Source: Candidatus Latescibacterota bacterium (lineage in GTDB: Bacteria > Latescibacterota > UBA2968 > UBA8231). Taken from it: a DNA stretch of 64,000 nt. A model generated the notes under the pieces. That model searched no databases, was not told the DNA's origin, and was given only the letters and a program-made list of their open reading frames with translations. Below are positions 10,218 through 18,804 of the stretch, piece by piece. Each line of letters opens with the position of its first letter. The first letter of the stretch is position 1. Location of the stretch: the NCBI GenBank assembly GCA_965206595.1, contig OZ242214.1, forward strand, positions 2,368,001-2,432,000. Reading direction: 5' to 3'. The position numbers and the translations under genes were made by a program.

Positions 10218-11033
10218 TCAGTTGGCGCGGAAGGCGATCTCCTCCCGTTCCTTCCCGGCCCCCGGCGCGGCCATGAAACCCCAGCGCTCGAGCTGCTCGA
10301 GCCAGCCGGCGCGCTTCCCGCTGTTGCCGGGATTCGACGCCCAGTGCGGGTTGACGAACGGCTTCGGGGCCAGGGCCTCAAGGCAGTTCCCGGCCCGCCA
10401 GCGCATCCCCTTCTCCTCTTCCGGGGTTTCCGGGCTCTTGTAGTAGACGACCGTGCACATGCGCCGGCCCGCGGCGCCGCCGCAGCTGGCGTGCCACAGG
10501 CGCACGTCGAACCCGACCAGGTCCCCCGGCTGCGACGCGCAGACGTGGCTGGGCACCTCGCGGATCTCCGCCTCGCGGGTGTTGGCGTTGTCGACCGCGG
10601 TCCAGAACGGGTTCCGGTGGGAACCGGGGATCACCCGCAGGGCTCCCGACTCGGGCCCGACCGCATCGAGGTAGTAGGCGAACTTGATGCCGTAGCAGTC
10701 CTTCTCGACGTCGATGTAGTGGTCCGGGTGCCAGCGCGAGTCGCCGACGTAGCGGTTGGCGTCGCTGGTGATCGGGAAGCAGTCCCCGTAGAGCTGCTCG
10801 GCGATCCCGTACAGCCGCGGGTTCTCGGGGAGGCCGGCGAAGAATGGGGTCTCCTCCCCGGTCAGTATGGCGGAGTGCCGCTTGCTGCCGTCGAACGGGT
10901 CGTCGGCGTACAGGGCGTCGAGGGCGGTCTCGAACTCGTTGCTTGCCGTCTCCAGCTCGGCCGGCGAGAAGAACTGCCGCAGTACGATGAAACCGAAGGT
11001 CTCGAAGTGCCGGTGCTGTTCCTGGGTGAGCAT
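10218..11033 (-). CDS. PhyH family dioxygenase
   Basis: MLTQEQHRHFETFGFIVLR, WHPD, GALRVIPGSH, LWHAS. Confidence 0.9.
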   Translation of the reverse strand: MLTQEQHRHFETFGFIVLRQFFSPAELETASNEFETALDALYADDPFDGSKRHSAILTGEETPFFAGLPENPRLYGIAEQLYGDCFPITSDANRYVGDSRWHPDHYIDVEKDCYGIKFAYYLDAVGPESGALRVIPGSHRNPFWTAVDNANTREAEIREVPSHVCASQPGDLVGFDVRLWHASCGGAAGRRMCTVVYYKSPETPEEEKGMRWRAGNCLEALAPKPFVNPHWASNPGNSGKRAGWLEQLERWGFMAAPGAGKEREEIAFRAN

Positions 11034-11301
11034 CTCCCTGCTCCTTTCGACGCTGGTAATTCCTGACGTTCCTTGTATGCCGGGGGGGGAAAAGGAAACG
11101 GCTCGGGCGCGGAAAGTCACTGAGGAGAAGCCATCCGACTGCGGAAGCCCCCGGAGGGGCCTGAAGGCCTGACAGTTCCCGGTAGTCCCTTGTGCAACAG
11201 AGTCCGATTCAGGCAACGGCGGCTGCTTGTCGCGGCCTGCTCCCCTGCCCACTATTGGCCGCCGTGCCAACTCGACGAGAGCCGTAGAAAGGGGGAGAAC
11301 C

Positions 11302-12765
11302 GTGACCAGCATCCGCGAGCAGTTCGCCGGCGACCGCCACCGACCGGTCTACCACTTCGTCCCTCCCAGAAACTGGACCAACGACCCGACCGGCACCTTC
11401 CAGGCCGACGGGCTGTTCCACCTCTTCTACCAGTACCGTGACGCCCCCTCCCCCGAGGGCCCGGGCGGCTGGGGCACCTGGTGCCATGCCGCGACCGAGG
11501 ATTTCATCCACTGGATCGACTACCCGGTGGCGCTCGAACACGAGGAGGGAGGGCCCGACCACGTCGGCTGCTGGAGCGGCGGCGCCTTCGAGCGCGACGG
11601 CTCCCACACCCTGATCTACTGGGGCAATCCGGGCGGCATCTGCCTGGCCACCAGCGACGACGGGTACCGCACCTGGGGCAAGCACCCGCGCAACCCCGTG
11701 ATCGAGCTGCCGGAGGAGCCGGTAGAGTGGAGGCTCCACGACCCCTGCGCCTGGCGGGATGGGGAGTGGTTCTACATGGCCAGCGGCTCCCAGATCGGCA
11801 AGCCGCGCGCCATCGGCACCTCGCGGGACGCCGGTTTCCTGTTCCGCTCGCGCGACGCCGTCGACTGGGAGTACGCCGGCCTGCTCTACGAACCGGGCGG
11901 GGAGAGCGACCTCGCCGTGCCCAGCTTCTTCCCGTTCGGCGACGAGCACATGCTGCTGTTCGCCAGCCACAGCCGCGGGGCACAGTACTACCTCGGCCCC
12001 TACGCGAACGGCCGCTTCGAGCGCCGGGTGCACGGCCGCTTCAACTACACCAGCTGGGAGCCGGGGCAGGCCATGCACGTCTGCGGCGACTCGATCGCCC
12101 CCAGCTCCTGGCTGGCCCCGGACGGGCGCCGCATCGCCATCGCCTGGATCGCCGAGGGCCGCACTCCCGAGGCGATGGCGAAGGCAGGCTGGGCGGGCAT
12201 CATGTCGCTTCCGTGGGAGATGAGGCCGGGTCCGGACGGCACCGTGCGCGTGGCGCCGGTGCAGGAGCTGGAGGGGTTGAGGGGGATGCACCGCAGCCTG
12301 GAGGGAGCCTTCGCCGACGACGGCGAGCAGATCCTTCCCGGGATCGCCGGGGACACCATCGAGCTGAGGGCGGAGATCGATCCGGGCAGCGCCGAGCAGG
12401 TCGGTCTCAAGCTGCGCTGCGATCTCGACGGCCAGGAGGAGACGGTGGTGACCTGGGACCGCGGTTCGTCGCGGATAGAACTGGACGTTTCCCGTTCGAG
12501 CACCGACCCCGGGTTCGTCGGCCGCGACCCGCAGGTCGCCGGCCTCGACCACGACCCGGAGCAGCCGCTGCTGCTGCGGATCTTCCTCGACCGCTCGGTG
12601 GTCGAGGTCTTCGCCGGGGACCGCGTGCTGCTGACCAAGCGGATCTACCCGCAGCGGGCCGACAGCATCGGCACCCGCTTCTTCGCCCGGGGGGGGAGGG
12701 CGAGCCTGCGGACGCTCTACTCCTGGCAGCTCAGGCCCTGCCGCTACTCCAGCCTCGAAACTTAG
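11302..12765 (+). CDS. Glycoside hydrolase family 32 protein (non-canonical active site)
   Basis: YHF..WTNDPTG, FYQY, WSGGA, HDP, C-terminal LDRSVVEVF beta-sandwich; ECP motif appears as AVP. Confidence 0.88.
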   Translation: MTSIREQFAGDRHRPVYHFVPPRNWTNDPTGTFQADGLFHLFYQYRDAPSPEGPGGWGTWCHAATEDFIHWIDYPVALEHEEGGPDHVGCWSGGAFERDGSHTLIYWGNPGGICLATSDDGYRTWGKHPRNPVIELPEEPVEWRLHDPCAWRDGEWFYMASGSQIGKPRAIGTSRDAGFLFRSRDAVDWEYAGLLYEPGGESDLAVPSFFPFGDEHMLLFASHSRGAQYYLGPYANGRFERRVHGRFNYTSWEPGQAMHVCGDSIAPSSWLAPDGRRIAIAWIAEGRTPEAMAKAGWAGIMSLPWEMRPGPDGTVRVAPVQELEGLRGMHRSLEGAFADDGEQILPGIAGDTIELRAEIDPGSAEQVGLKLRCDLDGQEETVVTWDRGSSRIELDVSRSSTDPGFVGRDPQVAGLDHDPEQPLLLRIFLDRSVVEVFAGDRVLLTKRIYPQRADSIGTRFFARGGRASLRTLYSWQLRPCRYSSLET

Positions 12766-12833
12766 CCTGCCTCTCCCGCCCGCAGAACCGGCTCGGCCAG
12801 GTCCATGCGGGGGATGGCGCCGGTAGCGGCGGT

Positions 12834-13667
12834 TCAGTAGACGGGGAACCCCAGGACCTTGCGCTGCTCCAAGGTCAGGGCGGCCAGCTCGCCGCTGTCG
12901 AGCGCCTTGACCTCGGAGTAGTCTGGCGGCGCCGGCATGATCCCGACCAGCCGCTTCGCCTCGTCCGACATGCTCGCTACCGCTTCCGGGGGCAGCAGGC
13001 GCACGCTGTCCGTCTTCCCCTTCAGCCACGGCCGCAGGTAGTAGGCGATCATCGACCAGCGCGGCCGATCGCTGCGGTTGATCCCGCCCTGGTGCCACAG
13101 GGCCGCGTCCCAGACGATGGCGGAACCGGACGGCGCTTCGATCCGCACGGTTTCCCCCGCATCGAGATCGGGGTCGGGGACCTCGCAGGACCGATGTGAC
13201 CCCGGCCACAGCCGCGTGCTGCCGTTCTCCGGAGTGAAGTCGACCAGGCACCAGACGACGTTCAGGGCCATCGGAAAGTGGGTGCCGCCGGCGAACGGCA
13301 GGACCGTGTACTCCTCGCGGTCGACGTGCACCTGGAACCCCTTGGCCGCGTCCCGCCGGCCTGTCGGCATGGGGACGCGGATGTTGCCGTCGTAGAGCAT
13401 CGCCTGCTCCCCGAGGACGGCGCGCACGATCCGCATCACCGGGGGGTTGAGGTAGAACTCGTGGAAGTGAGGGTGCTTGCCGACGATGGCGTGGGCGTTG
13501 CGCAGGTTGTCGGTCTGCGTTCCCGTGGTGCGCGCGACCTCCTCCTCCGCGTCGAGCAGCTCGGTCACGGCCTGGCGCGTCGCCTCGACCTCCGGTCCGG
13601 AAAGGGCATCGCTGACGATGGTGTACCCCTTCCCCGCCAGTTCCTCCAAACTCGCTTCCAGGTTCAC
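12834..13667 (-). CDS. PhyH family dioxygenase
   Basis: KGYTIV, HVD, DFTPENGSTRLWPGSH, LWHQGGIN..R. Confidence 0.9.
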   Translation of the reverse strand: MNLEASLEELAGKGYTIVSDALSGPEVEATRQAVTELLDAEEEVARTTGTQTDNLRNAHAIVGKHPHFHEFYLNPPVMRIVRAVLGEQAMLYDGNIRVPMPTGRRDAAKGFQVHVDREEYTVLPFAGGTHFPMALNVVWCLVDFTPENGSTRLWPGSHRSCEVPDPDLDAGETVRIEAPSGSAIVWDAALWHQGGINRSDRPRWSMIAYYLRPWLKGKTDSVRLLPPEAVASMSDEAKRLVGIMPAPPDYSEVKALDSGELAALTLEQRKVLGFPVY

Positions 13668-14632
13668 GGGGCTCCTCCCAGCTCCCGCGCCAGCTCGCGG
13701 GCGCGCTCCAGAGTGGTGCTCCGCTCCTCCAGCATGCGCCGGCGAATCTCGCCGATCAGCTCCGGTTCCGCCCGGGTCGTGACCCAGAGCGCCCGGCCTG
13801 AGAGTACCTCGTCGATCTGCTGCGCCGTGCGCCGCACTTCGGGCCCGGGGGTGTGCGCCAGCCAGCTGGCGCTGTCCTCGGCGGGCTGATAGCGGAAGTC
13901 GCAGGAGAGCCGGATCCGGTCGGAGCGGTTGGGCAGACCGCGATGGGCGGTGCGGCAGTGGAAGAGGACGGCGCTGCCGGGAACGAAGTCCCCCGTCGCC
14001 CAGGACAGCTCAGAGGGATCGAGGCCGTACCCGGCTTCCCGGCCCTGCTGTCCGGAGGAGGAGGCGACGGTGCCGGCGCTCTGCAGCAGCCCGAGCCGGT
14101 GCGATCCCGGGGCGATCGCGAGCCCTCCAACCGCAGCGTCGATCTCCATCAGCGAGATCCAGCAGGTGTAGAAGCGGCCGGCCCGGTACCCCAGCTTCGG
14201 GTCGCCGTCTTGGTGGGCGCCGACCCCCTGGGCAGCTTCGGCTTCCGGGTCGGGGTAAACCAGGCGGATCAGCTGCTGCTCCCAGACCTGGACCGGCCCC
14301 GCGCACACCGCCTCGAGGAGGGCGACGACTTCCGGGGATGTGGCCAGCTCGCGGAACGACTCGAGGCGGACGATGCGGCCGTACACGGCCATGTACTCCG
14401 CTTCCGTCGGCTGCGGTCCCCCGCTCCACACCGGGTCGGGGGCGCCGTCCTCCTCGATGATGAACCGCTCCCGCAGGATGGCCATGATGTCCCGCTTGAC
14501 CGCGGTGGCCCGGTCCGCGTCGACCAACCGTGGAAAGAACAGGTAGCCGTCGCTCTCCATGCGCTCGCGCAGCCGCGCGGCATCGCGCAGAAGCTCCGTC
14601 GAATCGACCATCTTGGCAGGATCACCGGGCAT
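13664..14632 (-). CDS. PhyH family dioxygenase
   Basis: DGYLFF, AHQD, GGLAIAPGSH, TAHRGLPN, RLSCDFRYQ; GGAGG RBS before ATG 14632. Confidence 0.9.
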   Translation of the reverse strand: MPGDPAKMVDSTELLRDAARLRERMESDGYLFFPRLVDADRATAVKRDIMAILRERFIIEEDGAPDPVWSGGPQPTEAEYMAVYGRIVRLESFRELATSPEVVALLEAVCAGPVQVWEQQLIRLVYPDPEAEAAQGVGAHQDGDPKLGYRAGRFYTCWISLMEIDAAVGGLAIAPGSHRLGLLQSAGTVASSSGQQGREAGYGLDPSELSWATGDFVPGSAVLFHCRTAHRGLPNRSDRIRLSCDFRYQPAEDSASWLAHTPGPEVRRTAQQIDEVLSGRALWVTTRAEPELIGEIRRRMLEERSTTLERARELARELGGAP

Positions 14633-14653
14633 CGGTCGCGGCCTCCGCAAAGC

Positions 14654-15607
14654 TCAGTTGCGCCAGCCGCCCGCCTCGTAGAACTCGCGCGACTGGTCGA
14701 CGGTGCGCTCCGTTTCCTTGAGGAACCCGAGCAGGCCCCTGAGAACCTCGGCCAGGTCGGGACGCCCCCCATCACCTGCCGAAGCTCCTTCCGGCAGGTA
14801 GGGATTTCCCGGGGCGCTCTGCAGGATCGCCTGGGTGGTCTTGGGCATGTAGGTGCACAGGTATCCCTCGTAGCCGATCCCCTTGAGGATGCGGAAGATC
14901 TCCCGGTAGTCGGCGTGGCCGGTCCCGTGCTGGCAGTGGTTGGTCTCGTTGAGGTGGAAGTGCCGGATGCGCGAGCCGGCGTAGCGCAGCGCGTCGGGGA
15001 TCGAGCCCTCCTCGACGTTCATGTGATAGACGTCGGGCTGCACCCCGAGATCGAGCCCCAGCTCGTCGACGTAGTTGACCGCCTCGTAGATCGTCGTCAG
15101 CACCCCGGGGAGGCCCTCGTAGGTGTTCAGCGGCTCCAGCAGGATGGTGATGCCGCGGCCCGCGGCGTGCTCGCAGACCGCGCGGATCGACTGCCGGAAG
15201 TTGTCGCGCAGCCTCTCCACCGGCTCCAGGGGAAACGGCAGCTGCGGGACCGCGGGCTGGGCCGCGCACAGCTGGGTGAAGCTCGCCCCGGCATCCACCG
15301 CCAGGTCTACAGTGTCCCGTGCGTACTGCACGGCGCGGCCCCTGATCTCCGGGTCGGAGCTGGCGAGGTTGCGCTCCTCGCCGGCGTGGTAGTAGCCCCA
15401 GGCCGCCAGGACCTCCGGGACGACGAGGCCGGCCTCCTCCACCCGCCGGCGCCAGGCGCGGCCGTCCATCTTCTCCGGGTTGCCCGGCAGGTCGACGCCG
15501 TCGTACCCGGCCTCCGCGGCGGCCTGCAGAACCACATCCGGTTCCTCGAGGAGGTTGTACCCGACCCAGGGAAGGGTGTCGCACTGCAAGCTGTATTTGA
15601 AAGCCAT
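14654..15607 (-). CDS. Sugar phosphate isomerase/epimerase (AP_endonuc_2 TIM barrel, D-psicose/tagatose epimerase-like)
   Basis: LEPLN, DVYHMNVEE, HFHLNE, GTGH.DY motifs. Confidence 0.88.
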   Translation of the reverse strand: MAFKYSLQCDTLPWVGYNLLEEPDVVLQAAAEAGYDGVDLPGNPEKMDGRAWRRRVEEAGLVVPEVLAAWGYYHAGEERNLASSDPEIRGRAVQYARDTVDLAVDAGASFTQLCAAQPAVPQLPFPLEPVERLRDNFRQSIRAVCEHAAGRGITILLEPLNTYEGLPGVLTTIYEAVNYVDELGLDLGVQPDVYHMNVEEGSIPDALRYAGSRIRHFHLNETNHCQHGTGHADYREIFRILKGIGYEGYLCTYMPKTTQAILQSAPGNPYLPEGASAGDGGRPDLAEVLRGLLGFLKETERTVDQSREFYEAGGWRN

Positions 15608-15736
15608 GTCGTCAGGAATCTCCTTTGGTTTTGGAGCGGTCGTCGATCAAACGGCTGGAGCCGCTTCCGCGCGACCGCCGCTGCGGGCACGCGGCAAAAG
15701 CTCCCGGGTTGGAAGAAAAACCTGAGTTCGTGATGA

Positions 15737-15948
15737 AATAAGACAAAATGGGACAGAATAAGACAGAACATTCATAACTGATTGATTTCTCATTGTTTAT
15801 ATCGTCATCCAAAAACCCGGGAAGCCGGAATAGGACAGAATAAGACAGAATAAGACATGTGAGGCATAACTGATTGATTTTACTTTGCTTATATCGTTCT
15901 CAAAGAATCCGGTTCCGGAATGGGACGGAATAAGACAGAATGAGCCGA
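15737..15948. repeat. AT-rich nested repeat: three triplets of 10-mers (AATRRGACAG consensus) with ~91-bp period
   Basis: 10-mer triplets start at 15737, 15829 and 15919; linkers share CATAACTGATTGATTT...TTATATCGT (15773, 15865). Confidence 0.85.
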
Positions 15949-15966
15949 ATCCATGGCGGAAAGGGA

Positions 15967-17366
15967 CTATTGGCGCTTCCACCGCGCACCTCGGCCATGG
16001 CCCTCACACATCGCCAGGCCGAGTGTCCGCAAGATCCGCAAGTCGTCGCGCACCTGCCGCTCGGTAGGTGAATTCTCCAGTTGGGGGATGATCTCGCGCA
16101 AAGCGTATCCGGTGCGCGCTCCCGCAAGCAGGGACAGAATGGCCCTCTGGCGTTCGGTCACCTCCCGTTCGACACGCCTCGGCACGTAGGACTCCGGCCT
16201 GAACCGAACGGTGACGCATCCGCCGGCGTCCTCGATCTCCGGCGCCGGCAGTCCGGCGTTCGTCGTCAGTTCCCGCATCTTGATCGTCCCCCGCCCCCAC
16301 TGCTCGATGATTCCGCAACGGTAGAAGGCTTGCGCGATAAGGGGATTCCAGGGCAGGGACTCATGAGGCTCGAACAACGATTCCGCGGTGAGCCCGAAGT
16401 GCAGGGTTCCCGACGAGGTCACTTCGAGGCGGTCGTCGTAAATCGCCGCGGCAACCGACCCTCCTCCAATCGAGTAGTCCCGGTGACAGATGGCGTTCGC
16501 AAGGGCCTCCCGCAACGCTTCGGGAGGATAGAGCGGATCGTCCACCCGTTCGAACAGGCCCGGCTCGATACGTCCTGCTATGGGCAGATTCTCACGGAAG
16601 AAACGCTCCGCCCTGTTCAGCAGTTCGAAGGCATTGCCGTGAAACTGCCGGTTGTCCAGAAACTCGGTACGGTCCGTACCGCGGAACTTCGCCACCCGCA
16701 GCATGCACTGCGTGTACTCCCTCTCAACACGGTCCGGCCGGCCGAACAGTACGACCGCCGCTCGCAACAGGCGGTCTCCACGGATCAGGCCGAACCCACG
16801 CAGCAGCGCCGCCGGATCACGGGTTCCAGGATCGCCCGCGCGCCCGCGCCGGATCGCTTCCTCGAGGGTTCGAACGATCTCGTCGCGGTCGAGATCGTCG
16901 ACTCCCCATCCCGGGGCAGGTTCGTTCTCCCAACGTCGTTCTCCGTGCAGGCGTTCGAGGAGGACCTGGTTGTACTGGTCCCGCGACATGGCCTGATTGG
17001 TGTTGGCCACCCTGCGCCAAGCCCTCCCACGGTGACTGTACGGCTGGTTCTGTCCTTTCGAGACGGTAACCACCACGACCTCCCTTCCACCGCGCACGGT
17101 CACGCGCTCGACGGAAGGGGAGGCCGGGGGTTCGATGTTTTGCAGCTCTGCTGCCACCTCCTCAAGTGTATTGTCGCTGACAAACTGACCGATTACCCGG
17201 CCATCCGGTTGCACGCCGAACAGGACCGTGCCGCCGCGATTGTTCAGCATGGCGCATGCAGTTCTCACCCCGGTACGCAACTCGCCGGTACTGCGCTTCA
17301 GTTCCAGCGTCTCCGATTCGCCGTCAGCGGAGGGAGCTCGCCGATCAGGGAGGAGGAGGAATTCAA
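15967..17366 (-). CDS. AlbA_2 (Schlafen) + HATPase_c_4 + C-terminal wHTH protein; start uncertain
   Basis: GESETLELKRS..CAMLNNRGGTVLFGV (AlbA_2); ALREALANAICHRDY, NPLIA, EQWGRG (HATPase_c_4); C-terminal HTH; TTG at 17366 needs a 1-nt shift near 17330. Confidence 0.85.
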
Positions 17367-17776
17367 GTTGAAGCGCTCTTCTCCGTCGCTTCCAGCGTAT
17401 GGACAACCTCTCGGGCCGCGTCCTCGGGGCTGTCCATAAAGATGTAGCGCATTGCCCTGAGCGGACCTGGAAGATCGCCGGCCTTCAATTCCTTGGCCAC
17501 GATGGGGATTACCTTCTTGCCCATGCCCAGGGAGGCACCCAGCTCAAAGTTGAACCAGGACGAATTAATGCTCCCCGGGCTGACGACGAGTACTATGTAT
17601 TCGCTGCTCCGCAGACCATTCTCAACCTTGTCTGCCCACGGCTCGCCCACAGCGACTTCTCGTTCAAAACACCAGACATTCTCTTGTCCGGCACTGAGTA
17701 GCTGATCGACGAAGCTGCGGACCCAATCGCTGTCGGAATGGATATGCGATATGAAGACTCGTGGCGATTCGCTCAT
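17363..17776 (-). CDS. Stand-alone TIR domain protein (TIR_2)
   Basis: VFISH.HSD..WV, VLVVSP.S..SSWFNFEL (catalytic Glu retained), KVIPI. Confidence 0.9.
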   Translation of the reverse strand: MSESPRVFISHIHSDSDWVRSFVDQLLSAGQENVWCFEREVAVGEPWADKVENGLRSSEYIVLVVSPGSINSSWFNFELGASLGMGKKVIPIVAKELKAGDLPGPLRAMRYIFMDSPEDAAREVVHTLEATEKSAST

Positions 17777-17914
17777 TGTTCCACCACCTTTTGTGCGGGT
17801 GCCTGGCTGACGAACACAAAATCTGGACTGGACTCCGACATCTCTCTCCTACTCGGGTAGAAACAGGTCTATGGTACAGGAGCACCGGGGGGGAGTTCAA
17901 GTTAGACCTGACGC

Positions 17915-18079
17915 ATGGCAATCAAGACTACCGTTCGTCTGACCGCGGCGGTCGAGCATTATTTCGCCGACCTTCAGAGGGGCAGCGCCAAGGGGAAGCG
18001 CTCCTGCTCCCTGCCGCAGGCCAACCAGCTGTTCCGGCCCGAAGGCGAGATGACCCCGAGCATGAGGCATCCAGGATGA
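17915..18079 (+). pseudogene. Diverged duplicate of the 5' end of the R-M gene at 18805 (54-aa ORF)
   Basis: MAIKTTVRLTAAVEHYFADLQR-GSAKGKRS versus MATTTARLTAAVEHYLTDLQRIRASGSATGERS; its TGA overlaps the PIN ATG (ATGA 18076-18079). Confidence 0.75.
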
Positions 18080-18569
18080 ACCCCATCGCATACATCGAAA
18101 CATCGGTCCTGAGCTATCTCACTTCGCGGCCTTCCCGGACGTCATGGTCACGGCGTATCAGCAAGTGACCCGCGAGTGGTGGCGTGACGCTCGGGACAAG
18201 TTTCAGCTGATGGCGTCAGAGCTTGTTGTCGCCGAGGCCAGCGCCGGCGATGAAACCGTTGCCCGTGCCCGTCTGGCCGCGCTCGAAGCGGTCACCCTTC
18301 TCGATGCGACCGAGGATGCGGCCAACCTCACAGAGAAGTTGCTCCATCTGGGGGCGGTGCCCCGCACGGCGGCGGAAGATGCCGCTCACATTGCCATCGC
18401 GGTTACGAACGGCGCCCACTACCTTGTAACGTGGAACTTCCGGCACATCGCAAATGCCGCCATGCGCTCTCGGATCGAACGGGTGTGTCGTCAGTCCGGT
18501 TACGAGCCTCCGATCATCTGCACGCCCAACGAACTGATGGAACCCGACCATGAAACCGCCGCAGTCTGA
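18076..18569 (+). CDS. PIN-domain (VapC-like) protein; 1-nt frameshift at ~18138
   Basis: AYIETSVLSYL..RPSR / VMVTAYQQVTREWW, EDAAHIAIA, LVTWNFRHIAN, ICTPNEL. Confidence 0.85.
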
Positions 18570-18744
18570 CCCCGTCATCGCCGAAGTCCGGGCAGTACGA
18601 GAGCAACACGCGGCCCGGTTTGACTACGACGTCAGGGCGATCTTCAGAGACATCCGAGCCAGACAAGAGGCTTCCGGCCGCAAGTACGTCCGCTATCCTT
18701 CCCGCCGCACAGTTCCCGAGTCCCAAGTTCAGACGACGGGTTGA
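18550..18744 (+). CDS. Small PIN-associated protein (putative antitoxin)
   Basis: DPVIAEVRAVREQHAARFDYD, typical of short partners downstream of this PIN subfamily; overlaps the PIN stop. Confidence 0.7.
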   Translation: MKPPQSDPVIAEVRAVREQHAARFDYDVRAIFRDIRARQEASGRKYVRYPSRRTVPESQVQTTG

Positions 18745-18804
18745 CGCGGCCTCGGCCGCTGGCAACAACAGCGGAATCGCGGCCATTCTGAGAGATCCTC
18801 CATC

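Noticed and set aside
15737-15948. CRISPR array
   Set aside because: Units are nested 10-mers, the linkers resemble each other rather than being unique spacers, and no cas genes are present.
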